A stretch of DNA of 43,807 nucleotides, the filler included, from Jimgerdemannia flammicorona (Eukaryota), in assembly GCA_003990765.1 (NCBI GenBank). It is 2 parts of 2 records of this genome, joined end to end, with 100 filler letters (N's around TTAATTAATTAA, not from the genome) between each part and the next. Parts side by side here need not be neighbours in the genome. Positions count along the whole stretch, not along the records: positions 21,958 to 43,807 come from RBNJ01001381.1; 1 more part is not named here. The stretch is one strand, 5' to 3'. Made by a program: the position numbers and the translations under genes. Positions 22,520-34,928 of this stretch are shown here, one piece after another (position 1 is the first letter of the stretch; each line of letters starts with the position of its first letter). The notes under the pieces were generated by a model. That model searched no databases. It saw only the letters and a list, made by a program, of their open reading frames with translations, and was not told the DNA's origin.

Positions 22520-25500
22520 ATACTCAATCCCATCTCTATATCACCAGGCCCCAAGGTACCTCTCCTTTATCTCTCTGCCAGCAAATTCTGATATAGTGAG
22601 CCCCATCTACTACTCTCCACCAGAAGCCCTTATATCTCATTCACCCTCTATTAGGAAGCCCAACTAAGGACAGTAAATCTCCAGTCACTCTTCTTGGTAA
22701 GCACTACATCTCCCAGACCTTCTTCATTAGGGGAACCCAGCTGCCACCTCTCAGTTCTACTGCTCTCTTCAGTCACTATACTTGTAGACAATATAGCCTC
22801 TTTGAGAAGTCAACCAGCCCAAGGCCCCCTCCAGTCACTGGTAATAACAAGATTTCCCAGCTAATCTGACTCCTCTGCCCAGCCCAGATCCAATCCTTTG
22901 TCAGCTTCAATAGCCTCTTCACTACCCAGGCTGGAAAGTCCAGATGATATACCAAATACCATAACTTCAGTAGCCAGTAAATATTCAAAATTGCAATGCA
23001 CCCTGCTAAAGACAGGTGGTGGTCTCCCCAATCTCTCAGGACCTCTCTCCAGATGGCCACTCATTGCTCTCACCAAATGTGTGTCAGAACTGACCTATAC
23101 ATAGAGAGATAAATACCCAAGTATCTCACAGCCTCTCCAGCAGAGACAATTGTTCCAATGACATTCCCTCCCACCAGACCATTACCTAACACTATTATTT
23201 CATACTTGTACCAGTTAAGTTTAGCCCCAGAGTATACCTCATACCACTCCACTGTTTTCCAGAGTTCCTCAACATCAGCAATCAACCCCAGACTGACTAC
23301 CATATCATCTGCAAAGGCTCTAACCTTCCAAAAAATACTGAATATGGAGAGCTCCACTATCTTCCACCAAATCCTATTTATCAATGGCTCTAAAGACAGA
23401 GCATACAAAATCAGGGACAGGGGGTCTCTCTGGGATATACTCCTCTCCAGAGAGAATACTACCCCTCTATGTCTATTGCACATAAGTACTACTTGACTTC
23501 TTTCCAGTAGACTGATCATTGTCTCTTGAAACTGCTGAGAGATATTAATCCTGTCCAGCACCTTTACTAGCCAGACTTACTATATATAGTCATAAGCTTT
23601 CTCCTGATCTAAGAAGACTAGTCTCCCATCTAGTCTACAGGCTTGGGCCCCTTCAATAACATCATACACTCAGGCCATACTATCCCTAATGAGCTGACTC
23701 CCTACAAATCCTCGCTGCTCCTCATCCAAAACTTGCTGAGCTATCTTCTGCAGTCTTGCCACCACTATCTTAGTGACCAACTTCCTGTCTATGTCCAGAA
23801 GCATGATGGGCTGCCAATTCTTCCAGTCCTCTCTTCAACTCTTGTTCTTATAAAGTAGTGCCACAAGCCCCAGATCTTGCTCCCCCACCTACCTCCCTGA
23901 CTGTAATACCAAATCACACATTACTATTATCTCTCCCAGTACTCTAGATACTCTCAGCATCTTCTTCCAAAAGTCCCAGGGCAGTCCATCCTCATCAGGT
24001 ACCATGCCCAGTATAGTCATGGCAAGAATCTGGTGAATCTCCTCCTCCTGAACTGATATATATTACCAAATTATCCAGCCTATCTACTTGTAGTAGGTAC
24101 CAATCCTTCAAAATATATGTAATAGTAGTAGCTATTGCCCCACTCTCTTCTTCACTCTACAAACTGCTCTACCTCTCCTTGAGTGAGCCCAGAATGTCTT
24201 ATAAACTATGCACCAGTAGCCCATCTGAATTCAGTACCCCCTCCCACCTCTGCCTCACCCTCCTTGTCTGCAGAATCCTTGAAAGATGTTTAGACAGCCT
24301 CTCCCCCTCCTCAAGCCCCTGCTAGTATAATCAGATAGCCAAACTCTACATTCACATCTTCTCTTCTTCTCTCAACACCTGTCATAGCTCATTGACCTCT
24401 ATCTTAACCCAGCTCAACTGCCAGTTCTCTACCCCCTCCAGGGTCAAAATATTAGCCCAATTTTCCAAAAGTTGAGCCAGTCTAGCAGAAGCCCAGTTCA
24501 CTCTCCTTCTCCTCTGTCTGCCTGCTACCTCTCCTGCCTCTCTTCAATAAACCCTAGCAGCCACCTTTAACCTTACCTACTGAACACCAATTGTGACACC
24601 CTCTTGTACCTAACTCTCTACCTTCTACTGAATGTCCTCTACCCACTTATTCCACAATGTCTTCTCAGCTAACAAAGAGGAATTTAGGTGCCAATGTCTA
24701 GGCCCATCCCCACTCTCTCCAAAATGTCTCTATCTCAATAGCCCCTAATGATCAGACTATGGACACCACTCAGCTTCTAGTGACTTCCAAACATCTGGCC
24801 CCCAGCAATCTGCCATCAGCACCTAGTCAATCTTAGTCTCTAGACCATTTATCTAGTATATATATACTCATCTATCTCTCCAGAATCTCCTTCCAGTATC
24901 TATCAGAAAGCCCAGCCTTTCTATATCCTCTCATACTACCAGGTTTCTGCTCTTACCCTCAGCACCCCTCTCTCCATCAGTCCTATCCACCAGTACATCT
25001 CAGACCATTTTAAAGTCCCCTCCAAGAATATCCACTCTGGCCTCCATAAGGACTCCACTTTCCCTAAGATTCTCTACCCACTCCACCTACTTACTCTGTA
25101 CAGTAGGGCAGTAGCATGAACCCATAGTAACTAGCTCCCAACCAGGTTGACACTACTCTCCCCACACCAGCTGGTCCTCCCAGCCCTCTATATCCTGTAT
25201 CTCTCCTTTGTCTCTCTGAACTAAGATCTCAACCTTGCCCTTCTATACTGCCACACCTCTCCATTCTCTCATCTACTCTATTCTATCCAAGTCATCCTCA
25301 CATCTGATATTCTATAATAGAAAAAGATCAGCCTCCAATCTCTTCATCTATGTAAAAATATTCCATCTTCATACTGATTCCCACAGTCAATTCATATTCA
25401 CATTTATAGAGAAAATATTTATTGTACTATTCATAAGGAATAATGTTAAGTATCATGCTCCTTCTCTACAAATCCACATTTATCCTCTCCTGTACTAAGT

Positions 25501-27565
25501 CCAAGTTAAGTTCCACAGTCAATTCCTCCTCTTCAGCTGTCTTAGCCTCCAATCTAACCAGAAGTTCAGCTATCTTATCATCCTTCTTTTCCTTGAAGTC
25601 CTTATGATACTTCAGGCAGGCCTCCTGCTAGAGCTGCAATCCATGATGCTCTGCCCAATAAAAGGTAGCTCTCTCACCAGCAACAACTGCCAGCTTGGCC
25701 TTCCTCTCCTTATCAATCTCATACCCTTCCTTCTCTAGGTAAATTGCAAGTACCTCTGTCTTCAGCACCTCCACTACTCTATCACTATGTAGAATCTATG
25801 CCCAATGCTCATCACTCATTACTCTCAGATCTACTTCTCCCAACTCTTCAGCTGTAAAGATGTTCATCATTCAACATATCTATAGTAGTTTTCTCACTTT
25901 CTTCCTCTCTGGAGTTGCTGGTCTTCATGCACCCAGCATTGAGGTATCTGCCCCTGTACTTGCCATCTTATTTCACCCCTCCTTCAGGACATCCATCAGT
26001 TTATCCTTACCAACTGCCACCACCATCCCCCTTTTGCTACCTCAGGAACTCTAAAGTATACTTGCTGGGCACTATATATTAGTATATTCTCTACTGCCTA
26101 GCTCCTTACAACTGGACCCCACCTAATAAGAGAGGGAGTGTCCTCCTAGACTTCAAATATACCATCAGCATATGAGTCATTACTCATCATCTTCCTGGCC
26201 TTATCTAGACCCTTCTCTATATTCCCTCCTTTCTTACTGGTCCAGACACTTGCTTTTGTACTCTCAGACTCCTCAATGCTACTAGCATCCTTCTTTGCCC
26301 TTTCTTCCAGACTCACCAATAACTCCCTCTGCCTCTTGTACTCTTGAGACCTCTCCCACAGCCTCTTATTAATATGAACTCATTTCCTATTCATGATCTC
26401 CAAATGTATCAACTCCATATATATATATCTTTCAAGCCTTCATTCTTTACTCTATAGCTTCACTCATCTCCTCCAATGCCTCTAACAAATCCTCCTCCTC
26501 TTCTTTCTCATTCCTCTTTACTCTTGTTACCTTATACATAAAGGCCCTCCACATTATTACTGATGGCTAATCACGAGTCTTCCTAATAGCCTCCCTCTCT
26601 GCCAGCTGAAGCCAAATATCAATATCTTCTGTTCTGAATGAGATCCCTTCCCAGACTCAAAAGCCAATATCAATCACCTCTCCATACTCAGCTATGACCT
26701 TCTCTACTCTTCTCCTTATCTTTATAGTAGTCACTGTGGACACTCCTTTCATCAGAAGTTATACCACCCTGGAGTCTCACCTCATATATCACACTATTGA
26801 AACACATACCTCCTCAATAGTCAATCTTATCTTCAGTGCAGCTTCCAATGGCTCAGCCTTCTCAAAGTCCACCTCTACCCCTTCCAAACCCCTCAGAAAC
26901 TTCACTGATGCCACTCTATCCATCTGCTTCATAATTATTCCCAAGACTATTTTTGCTATCACTATCAAGCTTCAGAAGCACAGAGTGACTGCAAACTCTG
27001 AGATTGACTTCTTGAGTAACAGTGTCACCATCAGTCCCATTACACCATCAACTAGGTTACTAGGTCTCATGCCTTTCCCATAGCTTGGTCTACTATTAGC
27101 AGTCCTATCTAGATTTTTTTCTAGATTATCTATTATACTCCCATTAGCAGTCACTCTCTCAGCTACTATACCATCAGCCTCACTACTCTGGCTCCCCAGA
27201 GAGACTCTCTCTTGAAGCTACTACCTCATAGTCTTTGTCATCTCCTTCTCTCTCCTCAGCCAACCCTCTAGTCCAGCTCCCTGCTGACCCCCCTTTACCT
27301 TATCTATGAAGCTTGCCCTCCCTGTCTCTTGAACACCAGCACTACCCCCTCTCCTACCACATCCTCCCACCAGCAGGCCCCTCATACTTCTCCCCAAGCC
27401 AGGGCCCCTCCCCACATACTGTCAGTCAAATGCACCAGGGCCACCCTGCCCAATATATATCTCAGAATGCTCATCAGTCACTATGATACTAGTATTTTTT
27501 CTCCAAAAACTATATTATAAGTATTGCCAGAAGGTTGTGTAATCTGAATATTATTAGAGAAAGAT
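22520..27565 (-). mobile_element. L1/Tx1-like LINE (LINE-B), heavily decayed, 3' part interrupted by LINE-C
   Basis: Colinear with LINE-A. ORF1 ~25450-27480 (LLKKSISEFAVTL); EN start ~25440; RT ORFs 23070-23561 (FADD, RYLGI) and 22776-23060. Confidence 0.9.
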
Positions 27566-27787
27566 ATTGAAGATCTTTTCTTTAGCATTCTTTCTGATTT
27601 CTTACAATATGAAAGTTGTCTCATTAACAATCAACAATGTCACCATCGCCAAGCATGACTCGTCTGGAGGCCCACAATATCCCAGCGTGTCCAAACGAAT
27701 ATATAATATTACGGAACAAAGATCAAGAAAGCAGGGTTCAAGTTACGGACCGGCGGAAAAAAAAAACAAAAGAAATAAATAAAAAAT

Positions 27788-28126
27788 GTGCTTACCAATC
27801 TTTGTACGAAGGACGAGATGGGGAAGATAATTGGAAAATTCCTTGCACTTAAACAAGAGTGTTTGAACCCGGACACAAAATTGCAATATATCATTGAAAT
27901 CAAACATGGAGTCGCTATCTCGTTGGAAGGTTCAGACCAAGGTTTCAACTACGGCTTCATCGTCAAATTCCCAAGCAAGGAGCTCCTCGAATATTACATT
28001 TCCACCGATCCGAAACACCTTGACTTCAAGAATTTGGTCAAAGTTACAGGATGCTTAGACAATATTAATGGTGATGGCGGCGTTTTTGTTTTCGACTTCG
28101 AGACTTCTTACAATTGCCTTGTTTGA
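27788..28126 (+). CDS. Stress-responsive alpha/beta-barrel (Dabb) domain protein, last exon (true start probably in an upstream exon ~27637-27740)
   Basis: FLALKQECLNP...GSDQGFNYGFIVKFPSKELLEYYISTDPKHLDFK...VFVFDF is typical of the Dabb family. CpG-normal island. An A-rich putative intron with CTTAC branch and AAG acceptor lies at ~27745-27811. Confidence 0.8.
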   Translation: MLTNLCTKDEMGKIIGKFLALKQECLNPDTKLQYIIEIKHGVAISLEGSDQGFNYGFIVKFPSKELLEYYISTDPKHLDFKNLVKVTGCLDNINGDGGVFVFDFETSYNCLV

Positions 28127-28409
28127 TACTTAGTCTTTGACTTTGTAGCGTTCGTAATTAGCTCAATCACCATTAAATATATTCTTTAACAAACAATTCT
28201 TAGCTGTTAATATCAAGTTGTGGGATATTGGTTTATTCGAGTGGGTAATGTGAAATTGGTTCGCAACTTTGACAAGCAAAGATTGCTTGCGCCGTTGAAT
28301 GTAATAAATCCTATCCGAGGGAAAGACATCCCAAAGTTTAGACTAGGGCGCTAGCGAAGAGGTTTAGGAGAAAGTGGTGATGGGTGATGTTAGGAGCCAA
28401 AAATTGTCA

Positions 28410-29940
28410 ATCAGATAGCAGTCTACTGTCTTCTAAAAGTTCTTAAGTATTATATATATACTCTTTCAGCAAATGTTCAAACATTGTATCACTATCTTCT
28501 CCTATCTAACATTATAGCACTTCTCACACTTAAAGGCCCCCCCTTCTATCAAATAATTAGACTTAAAGTTCAGTATAATATTTCTTTATAAGAAAGAAAA
28601 TATAATTACTATTAATATATGTTTTAAACTTCTTTAACTAAACCTATAGCTTAGATTTAGAATACTCTTCTATTAGTTAAACTAATGACTTATTAAACTA
28701 ATCTGATGACTTCTTCTAATTAATATTAACCTATAAAAAATTATCCAACCCTAACCCTAATCTGAACTCTAACTTTATAAAATAATTCTTATTAGCCAGT
28801 ATATTTAGACTTAGAGAGAAAAAAAACAGAAAGTGCACATGTCCTAGCTGAGTCTTTGAAGCAGAATACAATCTTGATCTTACTGAATCTTAGATATATC
28901 GCCAGAATTTAGTCAACAGTATTTCACTCATTATCTATACACCTCTTCTGTAGCTGATTCCATCTACCCCTCTACTATCCACCCTCTGATTTTTCTATTT
29001 AAGATAATAGTCTACTGTCTTCCAAAAGTTCTCAAGCACTTCATACTCTTCTAACTATTGTTCAGATAATTGTACTAACCTCTCTTGCAGCTAATTCCAT
29101 CTACTCCTCTACTATCTACCCTCTGATCCATCTCTCTAAGATAATAGTCTACTGTCTTCCAAAAGTTCTCAAGCACTTTATACTCTTCTAGCTATTATTC
29201 AGACATTTGTACCATCTCTCTCTTCTGCTTAATATTATAGTACTTCTTATATTCAAAGACTCTTCCTTCTAATAAAAAAACTCCAACTCTACTACTATCT
29301 TATAAGAATATTAAGAACTAGCTCCTCTTATCTCACTATTTTCTCTCTTAGTAACATCTGCTAGTAATCCTTAAATATAAAATACCAATATCCAACTAGA
29401 CTCACCTAGATAGCCAGAATTTAGTCAATAGTCTACTACTTATTATCTATACTCTACTAATCTCTTTCATTTACCCTCTAGCTTCTCTTCTCAAGATAGC
29501 AGTCTACTGTCTTCTAAAAGTTCTTAAGTATTATATACTCTTTCAGCAAATATTCAAATATTGTATTACTATCTTCTCCTATCTAACATTATAGCACTTC
29601 TCACACTTAAAGACCCCCCCTTCTATCAAATGATTAGACTAAAAGTTCAGTATAATATTTCTTTTTAAGTGTTATATCTATAATAAAGATAAATTTTTAG
29701 AAATTTTGGCAAGAAAGGAAGAGAGAATGAATAACTTAAAAGGTTGAATAGTCTTATATATTAAGTACAAGGCTCAAACTCTCATAGAATCTCACTTGAT
29801 TCTCATTGATCCTGTTAATCCTCTTCAAAAATAAATACATAGTAATTATTATAGCTGAGTAATGAGTGATGACATAGACAAGTTGGTCTTAATTCCTAAC
29901 CCTAACTCTAACCCTCTTCTTATTTACTACTAGATATTCT
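28410..29940. repeat. AT-rich, heavily decayed repeat region with internal duplications
   Basis: The unit agatagcagtctactgtcttc...ttctatcaaa recurs at ~28412 and ~29493 (partial at ~29001 and ~29138) and again at ~30968-31180. Essentially CpG-free. Confidence 0.75.
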
Positions 29941-29956
29941 CAAAGCAAAGGAGCTT

Positions 29957-30967
29957 TGTAAGTGCACAACCTCCAAGCCACCAAAATCACATGTCACTCT
30001 CTGAATAAATTTGGAAATCATATGCAAGATCATGAAGCTGAGTCAAACTGAAGTCACAGAAAACAAAGCTGAGTCAAACTGAAGTCACAGAAAACAAAGC
30101 TGAGTCAACTCGAAGTCACGGAATACAAGATTTACACAAATGGAGCCTTACCAATTAGGACCAAATGCATATATACCAAGCACTTAGACACATTGAAACG
30201 GAGAACTACAATAAATCAAATAAACAATTACAACTCTTGAATATATACACAACCATGACCACTGAGATCTACAACTATATCTGTACTGACATTTGAAACA
30301 CCATTGTCAACCAGGCCACACCTCCCCTACCCCTTATAAATATCCATAGTCTGGCACCTCTCTACTTTATGGAAGCCTGATAGAACACCCTGAACATGCT
30401 CAGTGAAGCCCACTAAATCAGACAAATCTCAAGCTACTACCAGATTGGCTGCCTCCTAGAAGATATGGTCAACTACCACCATGATACAGACATTATCCAG
30501 ATGTCTCAACATCAGAAACTCATTGCCTGCAAACACCAAGAACTCTTTTATGAGTATAGTACTGCTATTCCCTGCCTCTGAGTCACTACTGCTGAAATGG
30601 TTGCCACTTTGACCTATGGCCAAATTGACAACATGGTACAAGAACTCAACCAGAAGCACCTCAAGTATGCCCAGACCTCTGACAGACCCTTCCCCCATCC
30701 AGATGACCACATTCTGCAAATGCCCTGTTGAATATATTATGAAAGACATCTATGATATAATCCAGTTTGATATTGATGAAGCAGAAGATAATGATCCCTC
30801 CAATACTGACATGACCTCCAGCCAAGGACCCCTGCCAGCCCTGATCACCCCACCAATCTTACCAATGAACTTACAACAGTTCATAACTACCTACAAGACC
30901 TATTGGGATAATGACCAATGGCACGAGTACCAACCTGCATTCACCCCTGACTACTTCAACTATAATG
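29957..30967 (+). repeat. Partial solo LTR of the Gypsy-1 family, carrying the first ~240 codons of the LTR ORF (ATG 30255)
   Basis: Starts TGTAAGTGCACAACC. Reverse-complement match to ~14172-15175. Confidence 0.9.
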
Positions 30968-31180
30968 TTAAGTATTATATACTCTTTCAGCCAATGTTCA
31001 AACATTGTATTACTATCTTCTCCTATCTAACATTATAGCACTTCTCACACTTAAAGGCCCCCCCTTCTATCAAATGATTAGACTAAAAGTTCAGTATAAT
31101 ATTTCTCTATAAGAAAGAAAATATAATTACTATTAATATATGATTTAAACTTCTTTAACTAGACTTATAGCTTAGATTTG
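30968..31180. repeat. Further copy of the AT-rich repeat unit seen at ~28445-28660 and ~29524-29665
   Basis: Near-identical text ttaagtattatatactctttcagc...atagcttagattt. Confidence 0.85.
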
Positions 31181-31423
31181 ACATGAGTGACATGAGTGAC
31201 CACGAATGCAGTGAGAACGAAACTGAGCGTACTTGTGATTCGGTTTCAAACTCTCGATGGAATTGGTGTGAGGAAACAAGACCAATAGGTTTTCTCCACA
31301 AAACACACAGAAGGTAATATCTGTGTTCGCCGTGTTGCCATTGGCAATTAGTTCTACCTCGCGAAGTCGGAAATAGCGTTTGCAATTGCAGCAGCTGTGA
31401 ATACTCTTTGTAGTTGTTGACAT
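31172..31423 (-). CDS. Small putative zinc-ribbon protein (CxxC...CxxC), 3' end abutting a repeat
   Basis: 83-aa ATG ORF with CCNC and CVFC pairs in CpG-normal sequence. No family recognised. Confidence 0.4.
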   Translation of the reverse strand: MSTTTKSIHSCCNCKRYFRLREVELIANGNTANTDITFCVFCGENLLVLFPHTNSIESLKPNHKYAQFRSHCIRGHSCHSCQI

Positions 31424-31689
31424 GTTGCGGTAAACACGTCACCTGAGATTTCGGCAAAGGGTGTTTTTGCCTATCGTACGATAGGCATTTGGAGCGAAAT
31501 ATTTGTGTCACAACATTTTCGCGCAACATTTAATTGATAAAAATATATATAATACAAGACCAGTTGAACAGAAATAATACATAAGACCAACTGAAAATAT
31601 GAATATATTTGTATCACAGAGCCACCAGCGGCGAAATATTTATGGCCAGATAAAGATATTATGGCTTTCGGGGATTCATGAATTACGTA

Positions 31690-33030
31690 TCACTTCTTCT
31701 TTGCGATTCTCCCTCCTCTTTTGGGGCGCGCTACCTTCTCACCTTCTAATTCCATTGCTTTTTTTTCTAATGCAATTGCTTTTCTTGCTGCTCTGGCTGT
31801 GGGTTTTGTATTGTCGCCATTTGCTGCATCCTCTTTCGCTTTCATCCTTGCCTTAACATAAAATTGTATCCTTTCGGACTTGCGAAATTGATTTGGCCCA
31901 ACAGTCGGAAGAATAGGAGGAGCCCGCTTCTGTGAACCATCTAGAGGTGGAGCTGAACCATCTAGAGGTAGAGCTGAACCGTCTAGAGGTGGAACTGAAC
32001 CATCTAGAGGTGAAGCTGATCCATCTGGAGGTGGAGCATCTAGATGTGGAGGAGGTGAAGCTGGATCATCTAAATCCATTGTTTCCAAGACCTCGCTCAA
32101 ATTGGTGGCCGGAGACATCTCCCTCTGGCTCAAATCGGTGGGCGTAGTCATCTCCCTCTCCTTCCCTTTGTTGCGACTTCCAGACGACGGCCCCCCCGCG
32201 GATGGCGATTGAGGATTTGTTTGGATATCCTCCGGATCTCGATATCCCGGCCTATGAATGCCCCAAATCGGTTCAGATTGTGGTAATACATGATTTAAAG
32301 CCGCCAGCATTTCGTTTACTTCGTTGGAATCGATTTTACCGCTTCTGGCGTGATTCAACAAATTTTGCTCCTTATCGTTTTGGTTTGGATATGGCCGTTG
32401 TTCAAGTTTCAGAGCCAGTAAGTAGGCCTGAATTTTGATATGTTGTTTTTCTAATTGTTGTAGTGTCTTTCGCTGTGGATCTGTGAGTTGCGATATTTCA
32501 TTCTGCAAACCATCCAGAATATGCTTTTGTTGATTGACTCTCCGCAGCAAATTGTTCATTTCTTCCGCGGACGGAAGTACCAAGGGCAGGTCGTTAAGCA
32601 AAGGTTGCAATTTGGAATTCGTCTCAGAGTCCGTCGCTCCAACCTCTTGAGCTGTCCATATTTCTCGTATTAAATTTGTTTTCTCCATCAATGGCTCTAT
32701 AGAGTATTTTATATCGGCTTGAATTTTTAACTGTTCTTCACCCACGCGATCCATTTGATCCTGTCGTTGCCGTTGCCGATCTTCGTTCAATTGCCGGTGT
32801 CTCTCTCGTTCTTGATCTTCGCGCTGTTGCCGCTCGTGTTGCCGTTGCTGCTCTTCATCTTTCAATCGCCGTTGTCGCTCTTGCTCTTCGCGCTGCCGTT
32901 GTGGCTCCTTTTGTTGCTCTTCGCGCTGCTGCCGTTGTTGCTCCTTTAGTAAGCGTTGTCGTTCTTGCTCTTCGCGCTGCCGTTGTTGCTCTTTACCTAT
33001 TATACTAACCCCTGACTTTTTTCCGAACAC
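31690..33030 (-). CDS. Hypothetical coiled-coil protein (E/Q/R-rich N-part, PLDGSAP repeats, basic C-terminus); start uncertain, probably spliced
   Basis: 446-codon open frame in CpG-normal DNA. GCTAAC branch plus AAG acceptor immediately upstream (33030-33050). Confidence 0.75.
   Translation of the reverse strand: MFGKKSGVSIIGKEQQRQREEQERQRLLKEQQRQQREEQQKEPQRQREEQERQRRLKDEEQQRQHERQQREDQERERHRQLNEDRQRQRQDQMDRVGEEQLKIQADIKYSIEPLMEKTNLIREIWTAQEVGATDSETNSKLQPLLNDLPLVLPSAEEMNNLLRRVNQQKHILDGLQNEISQLTDPQRKTLQQLEKQHIKIQAYLLALKLEQRPYPNQNDKEQNLLNHARSGKIDSNEVNEMLAALNHVLPQSEPIWGIHRPGYRDPEDIQTNPQSPSAGGPSSGSRNKGKEREMTTPTDLSQREMSPATNLSEVLETMDLDDPASPPPHLDAPPPDGSASPLDGSVPPLDGSALPLDGSAPPLDGSQKRAPPILPTVGPNQFRKSERIQFYVKARMKAKEDAANGDNTKPTARAARKAIALEKKAMELEGEKVARPKRGGRIAKKK
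31935..32090. repeat. 21-bp coding tandem repeat (~6-7 units, PLDGSAP)
   Basis: Units ccatctagaggtggagctgaa are visible on the plus strand. Confidence 0.85.
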
Positions 33031-33138
33031 TTGTACCGTAAAGTTAGCAATGCGTATTTGTCATTACTAGCAGAAGATTCTAGAAGAACGTAACTAAGTT
33101 ATTTAAATGACAATTTTCTTAAAATTTCCTATTCCAAA

Positions 33139-34221
33139 ATGGAAAAATCGGGACGTACCTTGCCCTCAGAAGTTTGGATTCAAATATTCTGCGAGATGCT
33201 GGCAGAAAATGAAATCGCCAATACAGATCTATTGGCCTGTTCGCTGGTTTGCAAGACGTGGAATGAAATTCTTCTTCCATTGCTCTTTCGACGATTGAAC
33301 CTGCATCCTTCCGCAACGAATTCTACACTAGACCAGCTCATAACGCGGTTAAGCCAAAATTCGACGGACGCTGTTAAGCGTACGGAGTTTGTGAGATCTC
33401 TTGAAATACGATTTCGAGTCAATTATCCAGTGCTCTCAAACATTCAAAACCTATTCCGATATTCCCCTTGGAGCCAACTTCAGACACTTCGACTCCGGGG
33501 AGATCTACGACGATATGAGAAAGTTGATTTGCCACCTTTTCCCAAGTCACTCACACACCTTTTAATGCATCAATACCTCCCATTCCCATCCAATTGTCAA
33601 CAAGAACCGTTGTTTTTACGAGTATCTCTCAGCATCGGTGCTGCAATTGCTCCGTGTAAGCTTCGGGAATTAAGTCTTGAAAACATCCAGTCAACTGATT
33701 CGCTAGATCTCCCCCAAATTATAAGGGACAGTTGGAATAATCTTTCCACCCTGCATCTTAGAGGTTGTGCAGAACTGTTTAACGACAACGTTTTCGAAGC
33801 GGTGGTACAGACCTGTTCCAACCTGCAACACCTAGCAATTAATAGGGGCGACGGAGAACATCACATATCAGAAAATATTTTTTGCACTCTTATTGAAAGG
33901 TGTAAACAACTTCACACACTAATAATTCATGAAATCAATACTTTGACGGACCGATTTATTAGGCATTGTGGCATGTTCGCATTCAATCTACGGGTATTGC
34001 GCATTTATGATAGAAATTTACAGATTACCGGAATGGGCGTAAAAGATCTAAGCGCGTTAACAAAACTGCAGGTTATGATATTTGGTATGAGGGCGAATTT
34101 TGATGTAGGGTTTTTGGCAGTTGTCAAAGACCAGTTAGGAGTTAGTTGTGATGTCAGTTGGCCAGGTCTGTTGTGCATTTGTACTTTAAGAGATCGTAGC
34201 CCGTTTGATATATGGGAATGA
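33139..34221 (+). CDS. F-box / leucine-rich-repeat (RNI-like) protein, single exon
   Basis: F-box LPSEVWIQIF...DLLACSLVCKTWNEILLPLLFR, then FVRSLEI and LRR units LQTLRL, LRELSL, LSTLHL, CSNLQHLAI, CKQLHTLII. Confidence 0.92.
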   Translation: MEKSGRTLPSEVWIQIFCEMLAENEIANTDLLACSLVCKTWNEILLPLLFRRLNLHPSATNSTLDQLITRLSQNSTDAVKRTEFVRSLEIRFRVNYPVLSNIQNLFRYSPWSQLQTLRLRGDLRRYEKVDLPPFPKSLTHLLMHQYLPFPSNCQQEPLFLRVSLSIGAAIAPCKLRELSLENIQSTDSLDLPQIIRDSWNNLSTLHLRGCAELFNDNVFEAVVQTCSNLQHLAINRGDGEHHISENIFCTLIERCKQLHTLIIHEINTLTDRFIRHCGMFAFNLRVLRIYDRNLQITGMGVKDLSALTKLQVMIFGMRANFDVGFLAVVKDQLGVSCDVSWPGLLCICTLRDRSPFDIWE

Positions 34222-34928
34222 TAGGATTCTTTTCATAGGTCATGGAGTTTGTTTTACAATACATTTTATTTAAAGATTAGTAAACAACACAGAGATATGT
34301 GAGTGGCGACATGCATGTTGTTGTACTGCTGACAAATATAATGCTGTGAGTTCAAGTTATACAATGTCCCTCTTGGCATTGACCACGATATTTCAAGGCC
34401 CCAATCCCACTCCTTACGTTCACCCGGCCTAGGAGGTATATATGTGTTTATGCGTCAGTGGATATCATCATGTGATTCATAGTCCAAAACGAACCTGTCG
34501 GAAAAAATCAAAGTCAATCCGCTATAGGAACAGATATTTCTGCCTTTTCAAAATATCATTTGGACCCCCAAAAAAAAAAAAAATATATATATATATATAT
34601 ATTGTATTTATTGTTTTGCCTATCATTTTTATTATAGTTGTGGATGAAGTCCAAACTGCAGCAAAGTGTATATAGATCGGACAACCATTGACAGACGGAC
34701 CCTAAAAGGCCTTTTACCAACAAATTCCTCCGTAGCTTGGTTTTAATCACTATCGTTTTGATGACTCCTTTTGCTCAAACAATCCAGAGAGAGCTAAGCC
34801 ACAAATATATATTTTCATGAAAGCAACATGTTCAAGAGTTTTAACTTTGTATACAATGGTGTACCAGGTATCAGGAGTCAGGGATTCCACATATACAAGT
34901 TTTATTCGGGTGTGATAAGTTTCCAGAG

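Noticed and set aside
1..27565. Centromere call based on an L1/Tx1-like LINE cluster (as for Mucorales Grem-LINE1)
   Set aside because: Family identity and host species cannot be established from the sequence alone, and no centromeric core motif was recognised.
28745..28775. CCCTAA-like hexamers here and at ~29895-29915 as telomeric insertions
   Set aside because: Only about two perfect units in heavily decayed AT-rich repeat; too weak on their own.
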